Notes: generated by a model not told the origin, from the sequence alone. Positions 24,728-37,287 are shown, counted from the first letter of the stretch. The stretch is DNA of 64,000 nucleotides from Octopus sinensis (GCF_006345805.1 NC_043003.1:38440001-38504000), one strand, 5' to 3'. A program made the numbers and translations.

Positions 24728-25534
24728 CAGGGTGCCGAGAATAAACTGTTGTCTAAATTAAATAAAATTAAAGAAAATGAAAATAGAAATATCTTAAAAC
24801 ACTAAAGATTAAATTTATTCAATAAAATCGCCATTGGCTTCAACCACGGCTTGCAGGCGATTTCAGGATCTCCTGCACCTCTTCTGGAAGGTCACTTTGT
24901 TTAAGTTGCTGAATGCTGCCATAATCCTTACCTTCAGTTTATCTTTGGTGCTACAAGGGGTTGTTGGTCTCTTGCTCAACTGCGCCACACACCCAATAAT
25001 CAAGGGGTTTGAAGTCTGGGAAGTTAGGTAGCCAGATGTTAGGAGTGATGTGGTTGCAGAAATTATCTGACAGCCATGACTGGGTTCTCCTGCTTGTGGC
25101 ATGGTGCAGAGTCCCGTTGCCAGATATAGGGTCTTCCAGCACTATCTCCTCCAGACACTTGGTGTAGGCCTCCATGTTAAGTCTGAAGCCATGTTGGAAG
25201 ATGAATGGAGGCATAACGTCGCCATCACTAGTGATCGTTCCAAACACCATGATGTTGACTGGATGTTTGATTTTTATGACTCTCGGTACATGTCCACACA
25301 TTGACACCCAAGCACTCTGAAATGTTCTTATTGACGCTTCCGATGCGAATGTCCAGCAGTACAGCATGTTATTTCTAAACTTCTTGTAGAGTGAATTGCG
25401 TCATGGTGTTGTTTTTCTCACAGGCGGTGCCCAGCTGACCTACTATACTGCGTGGTCGACAAAATCAAAAACAAGCAATGCGCAGGCGCGAAATTCAAAA
25501 TATAAAATGGCGACAATTTACTCATCGCACCCTG
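24728..25534 (-). mobile_element. Internally deleted maT/Bmmar1-like (DD37D) Tc1-mariner element
   Basis: Imperfect CAGGGTG-initiated TIRs; HPVNIMVFGTITSDGDVMPPFIF and IWLPNFPDFKPLDYWV motifs. Confidence 0.8.
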
Positions 25535-25556
25535 TATGTTTGTATGTATGTATTAT

Positions 25557-25637
<81 letters not shown>

Positions 25638-25753
25638 GTATATACATACATATATTTAATATATATATATATATACATGTATATCTGTAGATGCATACAT
25701 ATACATACATACATACATACATACATACATACATACAGACAGACAGACAGACA

Positions 25754-25813
<60 letters not shown>

Positions 25814-26117
25814 TGCATGCGTGCATAGATAAATTTCTATGGCTATCGATTCGTTAATCGTGTATAACTTTTCCTAACACGAAAAGACATTAATGCATAA
25901 TTTAGAAAAAATTGCAAAAATATCTAAAAGGAAAATAAGACAACAGTGAAGACAACACAGACTTAATAATGTTAGGAAGGACCGTGAAGAATTTAAGTCT
26001 TATGAAGCGGCAACGGTATGCATATATACATACATGCATGCGCACATACATACATACATACATACATACATACATACATACATACATACATACATACATA
26101 CATACATACATACATAC

Positions 26118-26642
26118 ATGATGATGGCTGCCCCCTCGTTATCGAGTATGGCCATTGCACGAAGCTTAACTGTTATTGGGTGCTGTGATCGAATGTGACT
26201 TTTTAGCCCAGCTAAAGATCTACAATGTCTTGTACAGAATTGGCAGCTAAAATCTTTACCGGCAATAGCCGGCTGTAGTTGCAACTGGGCCTCATGTACC
26301 TTTGCATATCGTTCAAGTCCTCCTGCCCAATTACACTCTCTTCCACATGCCTGGCAGATATGATTAGTATGGTGTGTAACACCACTACCAGTGGCCAGGT
26401 TGTAACTCATCTGTCTCGCTTTATGACTACGAAGATGACTCTTGAGTCCAGCTTTACTGAGGCAGGGTCTTGCACAGACACTGCATGTCAGCATCATAGG
26501 AAGACCCTTCTCATCTGGAAGAGTAACAGCGATGCCCTTCCTGACATCCCTCCTTACTTTCTCATGCGCAACTCGAGATTTCTCAAAAGTAGCTGTCCCC
26601 TCGTGCACAATCCTTCTCCACCTGCTACGATCAATAGCTCCA
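26118..26642 (-). mobile_element. RTE-clade LINE 3' end with three C2H2-type zinc fingers
   Basis: DRSRWRRIVHEGTATFEKSR (post-RT region of RTE), fingers at 26423-26485, 26294-26356 and 26180-26245, RTE-like 3' tail running into (ATGT)n. Confidence 0.82.
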
Positions 26643-26969
26643 TACATACATACATACACACATACATACATACATATATACATACATACATACATACATA
26701 CATACATACATACATACATACATAGATGCTAGATATGCACTTATATGCATGAGAATGAATACAGAAAGCAAAGCATACATATCTGTACATGCACTCCAAA
26801 TACTGCACATATACACACATACATACATACATACATACATACATACATACATACATACATACATACATACATACACACATACATACACACATACATACAT
26901 ACATGCATACATATATACTCACACATACATACGGTTATTATGTATTATGTATTATTTTAATATTTCCAG

Positions 26970-27321
26970 ATCTATTTGAAGCTTGAGAATCTACACCCTG
27001 TTGGATCGTTCAAGATACGCAACGCTTTTTGTAGCTTCAAAAACCTTCCTCCGAATACCAAATCAGTGTACACCGTAAGCACGGGTAACTTTGCTCGTGC
27101 CGTCGCATGGTTCGGCAGAAGAAACAATATCAAATGTACAATCCTGGTTCCAGATCATGCACCAAAATGCAAAACAGACGCTGTCGAAAAGTTAGGTGCT
27201 GACATAGTAAGGATTGAACATAAAGAATGGTTTGAAATCATAGCTGGTCGCAAGGTTTATGAGAAAGGAGAAAACCTTGGTGTTTACCTACATCCAGAAT
27301 TTGATAGGAATGTTCTCGCAG
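26970..27321 (+). CDS. Exon 2 of the Ser/Thr dehydratase-family enzyme, containing the PLP lysine (IYLKLENLHPVGSFKIRNA...STGNFARAVAW...VPDHAP...HPEFDRNVLAG)
   Basis: Acceptor TTTCCAG|ATC; SFK(57) Schiff-base motif (codon 27012-27014); S-x-G-N loop; donor GCAG|GTATTT at 27322, phase 1. Confidence 0.93.
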
Positions 27322-27420
27322 GTATTTCTACATATCATCGTTGTTGTTATTGTTGTGGCTGCTGCCGTTGTTGGTGTTGTTGCTGCTGTTGTTGCTGTTG
27401 TTACTGTGGTGGTGGAGGTT

Positions 27421-27644
27421 AAGGTGGTGAGTTAGCAGAATCGTTAGCACTCCGGACAAAATTCTTAGCGGCACTTCGTCCGTCTCTACATTCTGAGATC
27501 AAATTCCACCGAGGTTGAGTTTGCCTTTCATTCCTTTTAGGGTCGATAAAATAAGTACAAGTTCAGAACTGGGGGTCGATGTCATTGACTTAGCCCCTCT
27601 CCCAAAATTTCAGGCGTTGTGCGTATAGTAGAAAAGATAATTAT

Positions 27645-27678
<34 letters not shown>

Positions 27679-27800
27679 AAGGCGATGAACTGACAGAATC
27701 GTTACCATGCCGGACAAAATACTTTGTGGTATTTCCTTCGACTCGTTTCGTTTTGTGTTAAAATCGCCGATGTCTTTGCATTTAGTTCCTTTCGGGGTCC
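27421..27800 (+). mobile_element. SINE family C copies
   Basis: Core GAGGTYGACTTTGCCTTTCATCCTTTCGGGGTCGATAAA. Other copies at about 13030-13200, 19950-20100 (-), 22190-22310, 31215-31430 (-), 45100-45240 (-), 46940-47120 (-) and 62265-62480. Confidence 0.8.
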
Positions 27801-27975
27801 ATAAATAAGAATAAGAAGAGCCTATCTTCTTCCCGCTCTACTGGTCTTGTACCAAAATTATTATCATTATAGTCTCTGCAATGTATAGTTGTCGTTTTTC
27901 TTCTATCTTCGAAACAATTTATATAAGCATTACTAGATGAAACTATAACCACGTTCTCGATATCCGGAGGGTATC

Positions 27976-28432
27976 CAAGTTGTAGTTGACTTACGACCAC
28001 AACTAGTTCCGACTGGCTGATCGTAAGTCGATTTGGTCATAAGTCGGCCTATAGGCCTATACATAGATTTGTTTTATATATTTACATTCTTAAGGTACAT
28101 TTTTAGGTAAAAGTCACACACAGCATTCTGTATACTATTATACTAGCGTTAGTCAAAATGTTTGGAGTTTCAAACAGTCGTCTTATAAACAAATACGAGG
28201 TTGCCTCGATGTCTCTGCGATAGGATATTCATCCAATACTTGGGATAATCACAGTGGCGATCGATAACCAAACCTAGGTGAAGCGTTTGTTAGCTGACAT
28301 CATCCGTAGACGGATTAAACCCATTAAATTTCAACTGGACTGTTTATAGCTGCCGGGAGCTGGCGGGCCAATCGTCGTAAAGTCGATCAGTCGTAAGTCG
28401 GATAAGTCGGGTAAGTTGGATACGACGACCTG
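27976..28432. mobile_element. Tigger/pogo-like MITE
   Basis: Imperfect TIRs with GACTTACGAC / GTCGTAAGTC subterminal repeats; right end ...ACCTG|TA. Confidence 0.55.
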
Positions 28433-28688
28433 TATAACAAAAATCGTTTATGTTACAAATGTTTGCAGTTGAAGTCTTTACACACGTTACATTTTCACTT
28501 TCAAAATGGCTATTTATGTGACGTTGCTCAAGCTTCAATAGCAATCGAAGCAAAATAAAGTAAAACAGAATCAAAACACAACTGAAAGTACGAAAAGAAG
28601 AAAAACTGAAGTTTAGTGAACGATTATCAAATAAAATAAAAACAATATCCCGAATACATAAATGAGTATTTTCGAACATAGAGATAGT

Positions 28689-29078
28689 CTTCTTAAGCAC
28701 TCCGTCGGTTACGACGACGAGGGTTCCGGTTGATCCGAATCAACGGAACAACCTGCTCGCGAAATTAACGTGTAAGTGGCTGAGAACTCCACAGACACGT
28801 GTACCCTTAACGTAGTTCTCGGGAATATTCAGCGTAACACAGAGAGTGACAAGGCCGGCCCTTTGAAGTACAGGTACCACAGAAACAGGAAGTAAGCGTG
28901 AGAGAAAGTTGTGGTGAAAGAGTACAGCAGGGATCACCACCATCCCTGCCGGAGCCTCGTGGAGCTTTTAGGTGTTTTCGCTCAATAAACACTCACAATG
29001 CCCAGTCTGGGAATCGAAACCGCGATCCTATGACCGCGAGTCCGCTGCCCTAACCACTGGGCCATTGCGCCTCCACTC
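28689..29078 (-). mobile_element. SINE family A with 12-bp TSD, in intron 2
   Basis: Reverse complement of 20703-21088 (about 95% identical by eye); TSD CATAGAGATAGT at 28677-28688 and 29079-29090. Confidence 0.92.
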
Positions 29079-29999
29079 CATAGAGATAGTAACAACACAA
29101 ACAACAGTGGTGACTCTTGCACAGAATCAAACACTGTAATCCGTTCACATAATAGTTATGTAAAAAGAAACCGTCCCTTAATAGAAAATGAACAAATAGA
29201 ATTTCTATATCATCACAGTTGCTAGAAAAAGATATAGCAGGGAGAATTTTGAAGCTAATAAAATGGAAAGCAAAGAGAAAAATATCTAGAAATATTATTT
29301 CTAAGTTTCTCTAAAGGAGACTACGGCAGCGGTACTGAATATTAATAGTTATCGCCAAGCTGGGTTCGGCTGCTCTGCATTGATAAAGGGCAAATAGCCT
29401 GAAACTAGTCTGCAGGTGCCTGACCAGCAGGGAGAAGCGGCTGACCTCCCCTGTTCGAAGGTTATAATGGACACAGGTTCGTGTGTAACATAGCTAGCTA
29501 GAGGCGATAACCTCTTGGAGCTAATCAACAGCAGCTTTCGTCCTATATTTATGGACTGCCATATTAGCTTGGCGATAACTAGAAAAATATCTGTTCTTTC
29601 TAAAGGATGGTAGTGGTTTAAATATGTCCTCACGACATTAAATGCAAACATTTAAGAACATTTCGAAAGTAAAATGGTAAAAGTAATGGCACTATCAGCT
29701 GTACTCTCAAAGTGAATATCCAGGCGAAACACAGGCTGAAATTGTTAGACATATCTCTGACTATACACTGGTTCCCCAGTACATGGATCAGAGGAATACG
29801 AGTGTAACGATAAGAGACTTGGGAAACAACGTTGATCCATGGCTAGAAATTACTTTTGTATCGCAGTAAAGGTGGATGATCAAAGAAAGGCTAACTATAA
29901 GTGATAATAAGTCAGGTGGCGTCAAAATAGATTTTCAAATCCTAATGATCCCCAAGTGCAACAAAGCTATACCAGAACAGTGCCCAGTTAAAATCGCCT

Positions 30000-31020
30000 A
30001 GACACGAGTCAAAAGCCAAATTGAGTGTGCAACATTGTCTTTTGTGAATGTAGATCTGTGTTTGTATACTACATCAGTTTTGTTTTTGTCATAAATGTTG
30101 TTTTGTTGCATCTGGGGCTATTTTGATGTTTCTTCTGTTACATAGGGCATATGCAATGTGAGTTGTGTTATCTTGTTGTGTATTGATTTTCTTTCATATG
30201 TGCTGTGTTATTGGTATTATGCATTTCAATATGGACGGTTTTTGTGTAAAGTATGTGATGTGTAGTTTGTATAGCATAAATGAGTTGCGGCAATACAAAA
30301 TGTGAGTTGTGTAAGCTATTGGTGTTGGCACCGTTATCGGTTTTGTCGGAGTGCACACGTGGCAGTTGATATTGCAGGGTATATGATGTGGGAATTATTT
30401 TAGTTAGTTGATGATTATTGTATAGGGCAGTGGTTCTCAACCGGGTTCCACATGGCCCTTGATGTGAGGGTCCATATAAGATTTTGCTGTTAAAATTTAT
30501 GTAGTAAATACACAAAATATTTTCACAATTTTTTTCCATACAATTCCTAATAATATTTAATTATAAAAATATAAAGGGTGTTTTTTAAAACATCGAATGT
30601 TTATTAGGGTCCAGAAGAGTAAAATAGAAATCAAAGGGATTCACAGGCAAAAAATGGTTGAGGACCACTGCTATTGGGTATGAGGTGTTTGCGGAGAATG
30701 TACTGTTTGAACTATATATGTCATTTGCATATGATGTGGATCGTGTCTAGTAGGGTTATAGTTTGCATAGTGTATAACGTTCTGAGCCCTAATACTGTTT
30801 CTATATTTTTGTTCATATTTAACATATCTTATACTCCGATTATTACTCTTTTAGTTCTAGCTATTTTGCCTCTTCTTAAAGTAAATTTGGCTCATTTGTC
30901 TAATTCCATACATATTTCTATGTCTTGGCTGAATTTATGAACAGTTTCTAGTAGATTTTCCAACTTGATATTGTCTCTTGTATATGTCTTCAAATCCTCA
31001 ATGAAGGATTTGAAGACAAA
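30000..31020 (-). mobile_element. Degenerate R4/Dong-like LINE fragment (RT core), interrupted by a hAT MITE
   Basis: The - strand reads FIEDLKTY...LLETVHKFSQDIEICMELDK*AKFTLRRGK, matching the DDLKLY...FS-DI-M-FGLDKCAK pattern. Confidence 0.6.
30428..30670. mobile_element. hAT/Charlie-type MITE
   Basis: TIRs CAGTGGTTCTCAACC and GGTTGAGGACCACTG; degenerate 8-bp TSD GTATAGGG/CTATTGGG. Confidence 0.8.
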
Positions 31021-32309
31021 TACAAGCAACTGTATCCAACGGCAGATTCCTTCAATGGGATTATTAATTAAGTCAGAGCTAGGCGGAAAATGAGTCTCTC
31101 TGGAAGAGTCCTCTTCTTGTGATATAGGAATGTTTTTGTTTTCCCTTGGATTTGTAATGATATTGCTGTTTTCCACTTTGACCTGGAATTGAAGCTGTAT
31201 TTCGTTAGTAGTGAGACTACTTTATTTCTGAAATTTTGGCAAACGGCTAACAATTTCCTGGGAGGGCGTGGGTCGATTACATCGAGCCCAGTGTTCAACT
31301 GGGACTTGTTTTATAGATCCTGAAAGGATGAAAAGTAAGATCGACCACTGTGGCATTTGTACTCAGAATGTAAAGTCAGAAGAAATGCCGCTAAGCATTT
31401 CGGCTGGTGCGATAACCATTCTGCCATTTCGCCGCCTTTTTCCCACAAAATAATAATCAGCTCGTTGTATTGTATAGCCGTAAGAACATAGTATATAAGA
31501 ACATAGTATATTATTATGAAATCTAGTTACAAAACCATTAATATTTTGGCTGTGTTATTTTTGTTTTTAGGAATTAATGTCGCTTTCTTCACCGGCATTA
31601 AAGTTGATTCTGGTCTGCTTATGAGTTCATTAAATTCTGCGGCCATACACCAATGGATATCAACGTTTCAACTAGAATTAGAGAACTTTGTCAATTTCAG
31701 ACACTATGTTTCCGTTTGCTTGTAACTCTCAACGTGCTAATGTTTTCTTCGTCGGTTACGATGGACAATGCTTGTGGTGCTTCTATATATTTTCTCTTCT
31801 GATCCCTTTTGCATTTTTATTATGTTCATTGTCGTTGTTCCATATTTCCTCCAAAATACACTTGAACTTCCGTTGATGTTTATGAGTGTGTGTGTATTCT
31901 AGTGTTGTGCTATTATTTGTTTCCTTCCGTGTGTGTGTCTAGAGGAGCTTTTTGTGTTTGATTGAAATACTTTATTTTCCAGGAAGAAATGTCCGCATAA
32001 TTCGAAACGATTTCTTATGCATATTTTCTTTTTGCTGCTGTACTTTATTTAAACTGTTATTTTGCATTTAAAGAACCTGTCGTTTTTTTGTTTTTTTTCA
32101 TATTGTAATTTATTATTTGAGACCTTCGTTTCTTTTTTATGAGGGACCCTTCCTTTCCAGTTCACTAAGTAAGGACAAATTCTCTCTTTCTTTTTTTTTT
32201 TCCTCAATTATATATATATACTATAAATACCCGCCGTGACACCCTGGGTCCACTCCAAGTTGGAAATGCCGATGCACAGCGGGAAAGGGGAAGATACTAT
32301 TTCGAACCT

Positions 32310-32870
32310 AATGCAATAAAATTTTTAAATGATACAGTTCTCCTGCTTTTGATGTGACAACATAAATACAACCAAGTGTTTCTCTGAAAACGTTCAAATG
32401 GCCTTCAACTTTTCTTCCTCGCTTTCTTCTTTGCAATTCTTTGTTACTATTGTTCCATGTGAAATACATGGGTACTTCAGCATAAAGTAATGTTTTTGCA
32501 AAGTCATCATTGATGCATAATGAAAACAATTCTGTCAATGTTGTTCTCATATGTCGTTCATTGACAGCCATATATATCCTCATTATTTCTAAGCAATATT
32601 CTCTGTTTATCTGGTATATGAACTTGCAGTCTTACTATTGCAGGTGCTCTTTCATGAACTGAAAATCTTAAAATGAATGCAGCTGCTTCGGATGGTCCAA
32701 TATACCTACCCATTAGATATTGATTAATTTCGTTATCATTGTTTATTTGAACACCAGCTTGGTCATTTATTTTCAGAGTGTACTTAATTTACTTCACTGA
32801 GGCAACGATTTCAATACTGCAGTAGTATTTCGATGCTCTTAAAAGAGTTTCATTATAAGGTACAACCTAT
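32310..32870 (-). mobile_element. Helitron Rep/Hel internal fragment
   Basis: VPYNETLL...NEINQYLMGRYIGPSEA...VHERAPAIVRLQVH and TTLTELFSLC...LLYAEVPMYFTW...LYHLKILLH motifs. Confidence 0.85.
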
Positions 32871-33059
32871 TTGTTGTTTGTTCTTCCATTCTTATAAGAT
32901 TCAACTCCTCCCATAGCAACCGATCTATAAAGAAATAGTCTCTCTGTCTGTTTTTTTTCTGCCTTTTGATTAAGATGACAAAGATTAATATTTTTGATAA
33001 AAAATAATTAAGTGCCTGTGTTCCTTGGTGTTTACACTGTTTTGTTTCGGTTTTATTGT

Positions 33060-33801
33060 TTTATTGTCCCGAAACTGCTCTTATGTATTAAATGTGTGCA
33101 CTGCCCAGAAGTGCTATTTTCTACATGTTATGCATAGTGGTAACTCATGGAGTTTTGGCTATGTATTTGTCTGCACGTTTTTTTTACCATTCCAAAAGCA
33201 CTTATTAAAGGGATTGTTTCTGTATTCAGACCTTCATATTCGGGTCACCTCTATTTCCAAATCTTTACATTTGTATAATTCCTCCATTTCTTCGAGAGAT
33301 ACATTACCGTATGTTGGTTTGGATACTTTGATTTTAAAGTGTTTCATATCCTGACTATCGTTGATAACAATATCTGGTCGATTAGTCTCGATCTCTATTT
33401 TGTCTTATCGCAGAGAGTAGCAGCCAGAGACAATGTACATTATTATTTACTTCCCATCTCTACATATTCTGCCGTTACTTACTGCATTCTGCTTCATTGT
33501 ATGCTTTTGATGACTCCTGGAGAGAAGAATTGATTTTGAGTCTCAATCAATCCCTCAGTTTCTTGAGTTTCTCAGTCAGTGTTACAACCTTTCCTTTGCT
33601 TTGCTTTCTCGGATATTGGCCGTGTAGAGGCTTTTCATGCCACCACTTTGTCCTGGCATTCTGTAACCCCGTTTTATTTTAGATTTTAGCTTTTTCATAG
33701 TTTTTGCTGTTGATTCTCCATTTTCTTCAACACTGTCATTTCAGGCTCTCGTTTGAATTTGATGGCTTCTATAAAGATAGAGACATGGTGTGTGTGTGTG
33801 T

Positions 33802-33872
<71 letters not shown>

Positions 33873-34330
33873 GTGTGTGTTTCGTAGCGATTTATATTAT
33901 TTTTTTACGATTCTTTACTAGATATTTTTGTAGCATTACATAGAGCACTTTATAAATAGTTTTCTAGATGCATAAGGTCCTTACTTCTCTTTATTCGTGG
34001 CATATATAATCTTCCTGTGCCAGATTTTAGGTGGTGTATTCTAAATACGGTCATTACTTGTTTTTCTGTTTAATTTTGCTACTTAGCTTTACGTTAAATT
34101 GAAAATATCAATACTACAATTTATTTTTGGGATAACTAGAGTATCAAAGCCTGGTAAGTTGATTTTGCATTTAGCTTTGTTTTACGTATTTTTCTAATCC
34201 ATCTACAATAGTCCTTCCTAATCTTTTCTTTCATCTCTTTGTGCTACACACTGTAGTTCATTAATTTTTAAGTATTTATATGTCTGTATTTAGTCTAATC
34301 TTATATGTCCCAGTTCTATGCGTGTTGCTT
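33060..34330 (-). mobile_element. Degenerate R4/Dong-like LINE 3' half (restriction-like endonuclease domain)
   Basis: The - strand has RIHHLKSGTGRLYMPR, WHEKPLHGQY, ETNRPDIVI, KDLEIEVTR and ALLGSAHI remnants; interrupted by (GT)n. Confidence 0.75.
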
Positions 34331-34583
34331 CTATGCTTATAACCCTCGACGATTGTTCAAATGCTTTGTTCATTGTTTTGAGCAACTTTTCCGTGGTATT
34401 TTCTTCGCTGCCTAAATTATTGTCCAGTTTTTTTTCTACTTCTTCTACCGTTGGTGCTGTATTAATTTAAATCTTTACTTTCACAAAGTTCTTGACAAAT
34501 TGTTTGGAGTTTGGAGTCATCATCATCGACAAAACAAAAATCATAGCACACTTATGTAATATCTTCTGTTTTCTTTTGTAAAG

Positions 34584-34747
34584 GAAACGGCACAGTTGCT
34601 TTGGAGATATTGCAAGAGTTACCGGACGTGAACACAATAATAATACCATATGGAGGAGGTGCTCTTTCTTCCGGTATGGGCACTGCCGTTAAAGTTTTGA
34701 AACCGGATGTTAATATCTACACCAGTGAAGTTGATACCTCACCACAG
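34584..34747 (+). CDS. Exon 3 of the Ser/Thr dehydratase-family enzyme (GNGTVALEILQELPDVNTIIIPYGGGALSSG...SEVDTSPQ)
   Basis: Acceptor TTTTGTAAAG|GA completes the phase-1 Gly; glycine-rich PLP-phosphate loop PYGGG; donor CAG|GTAAAT at 34748, phase 0. Confidence 0.93.
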
Positions 34748-34772
34748 GTAAATTTTAGAACTATTTTGATCA

Positions 34773-34803
<31 letters not shown>

Positions 34804-34899
34804 TTTGTGTGTGTGTGTGTGTTTGTGTACTTTTCTCCTTTGCGTCGATTACTTACAACCGCGATAATTCGACCTGAAGTAAAGGTATATCTAAATATA

Positions 34900-35640
34900 T
34901 GTAGTGTATCTTGCAGGCATGAAGTGGATTCGATCCACCATAGCCAAATTTAAATGAACAGTTCAACAGAACTTTTCTCACGGTGGAACAATGGTTTTTT
35001 CAGTGACACCAGTTTTACATATGCCAGATGCCTTTAGCTAGGCCGAAATAATGTCTTCGCCACTTGACTCTTATAACCTCTTCTACTTCACCAAAAACTA
35101 GAATAGAGATATCACAGTACCACCAACGAAGCCCATTGTTCTCAACGATATGTCTATCCTTCTGGATAGTTATAAAAGCAAGAACCCCAAGAAAGAATTA
35201 GTGACTTGGTGACAAGTGAGTTAGTCGGCTCGTGACAACTCAATCAGTTAATGAATGACAAACTCGAGTCAGAGACAGCTACCATCAGTTAGGGAGCAGA
35301 ATGCTAGAACCATAATTCAAAGCAAAGCAGCTACTAAAGACAATGGTCAAATGGAGAAATGAAATTTACTGTCAGCAGCTATGGGACTCAACTTCCCACA
35401 CCCTCTCACTTTGTCTTCTCTGCACATTACCACATCTTTATCTGTGGTTTACTACTACAATACGGACATACAGGCCGAAATTAACTTTTTTTTTAATTCG
35501 CACGCTCTAGGATTTTATTCACCTGCCCATCGAGGCAAGGTATATTCGATGTAACGGTAAATAAATATTTTCTTCACACCTTCAACCACTGTTCTTTCAT
35601 CTTTACACAATGGCCATCAACGAAGAACCAATCCTTACAC
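34900..35640 (-). mobile_element. Solo-LTR-like element, copy 3 (more diverged)
   Basis: Reverse-complement homology to 7075-7803, beginning TGTAGTGTATCTTGCAGGCAT. Confidence 0.6.
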
Positions 35641-35905
35641 ACTCATTACGGCTCTGACATTCCATCCTACTATGTATCGACTATCGTAGGATATTCCAGA
35701 AATATCTGTAAGACTGGATTTTTTCCAATAATAATAATGTATATGATTTGAGATGTTTGACTTGCCTTAACGCTTGTTGTCCTTTTTAACAATGATATAT
35801 ATATATATATGGGCCAGCAGGTTTTGGGAATCTGACGATACGCCATAAAAATAAACTCTTTATGGGCGAGAAACCTATGGTAATCCCATAAACTGACCTT
35901 CCCCA

Positions 35906-35944
<39 letters not shown>

Positions 35945-35947
<3 letters not shown>

Positions 35948-36787
35948 GTGATCTAATCAATAAATATCCGGACTGTTGTATAGTAATGAAGAGTGAAGGC
36001 TTTTGGAACAATTTGACCTTGAAATCTGCTGTGCATGCGCACTAAGTTTCAACGCTCTTGCTCACTTCGACTGTTTACAGTAGTGCTTAGAAGGATGGTG
36101 TGTAGTGTGTGATCGTTGGATTGACCATGACAGAGAAAGCTGAGCAGAGAATCTGTGTCAAATTTTGCCAAAAGTTTGGCGATACCTACTCAGTGGCCTT
36201 CGCAAAGTTTTCAAAAAGTTTTCATCGTTCTTGACACAATCAAGGAGATTTTGTGCAACTGAAACCCGAGTGTCATTTGGGTCAGCTGAAAGCAGTTTTG
36301 GCACAAAATTGGCAGACAGTGATAATAGACTGAACTGAACCGTAACTAATCTGCACATCTTCTGGCAACTCACGGATAGTGATTCGACGATTTCTCCTCA
36401 CAGCTGTACGCACATCTGCGATGTTTTTCTCAATTCTGCTATGGATCTCCCAGAACGTTCGTCAATATCGACATTTTTTCGACCATCTTGCGAACGTCTG
36501 AACTACTTGCATGCTTGTGTGCGGTTCATAACTCCTCTCCATACACTTTCTGCAAGTTGGAGCAGATATCGCTATGACAACTTTCTCTGTCATGGTCAAT
36601 GCGACGATCAGATGCTACACACCTTCCTTCCAAGCACTGCTGTAAACAGCGGAATTAAGCTAGAACGTTAAAACTTAGTGCGCATGGACAGCAGAGTACA
36701 AGGTCAATATGTGCCAAGCGGCTTCTCTCTGCGTGCTTTAGCTTCGTTACTATAGCAACAGTCCGGATATTTATTGATCATACCTCG
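35945..36787. mobile_element. Mariner-derived non-autonomous element made of two inverted 5' ends
   Basis: TA-flanked TIRs of about 45 bp (ATCAATAAATATCCGGACTGTTG); both arms read into MTEK... transposase starts. Confidence 0.85.
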
Positions 36788-37287
36788 TATATATGTGTGT
36801 GTATGTGTATTACGAGTTACGTGAGATGTTCTGATTGACTTAGAAACACATGTAGTCTGAATGTATCTTTTCCATTCCTTATACCTTTCAGTTTATGTGC
36901 ATAATTAACAACCTTCGTTACCAAACTAAGAGTTTTATAGCAGCAGTCGTCATATTGAAATTTCCATCTATTTTGATATGGGACAAAATGCATGAAATAC
37001 GCTGATTGATATGCTTTGTTGATCGAATAGTATCCGCTTTTTGTTATCTATACAAGTCAGTTGATGTTTATTAACTTCCTGTACCAAGATCTTTTCTGAT
37101 CGCACTACTATATCACTACATGCATGCACACACACACACACAGAGAAAAGAAACTTGTTGACTACTTAAAACGTAACAGAGTACGTATAAAATCAATGTG
37201 CTATAGAAAGCAATAGCATGCCCCTCCTCTCAAAATTGTTGGCCTCGTGTCAAGATGAGATAGAATCATTATTATCATAATCATCAT

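Noticed and set aside
26000-26719. Host C2H2 zinc-finger gene
   Set aside because: It has no start or splice context, is preceded by RTE post-RT sequence and ends in an RTE-like tail; treated as a LINE fragment.
27322-27422. Poly-Cys 'metallothionein-like' extension of the 26976-27422 ORF
   Set aside because: It lies after the G|GTATTT donor and is a (TGY)n trinucleotide repeat; homology resumes in frame at 34584.
29340-29660. GC-richer segment with a 100-aa ORF on -
   Set aside because: No motif, splice sites or second copy in the window; left unassigned.
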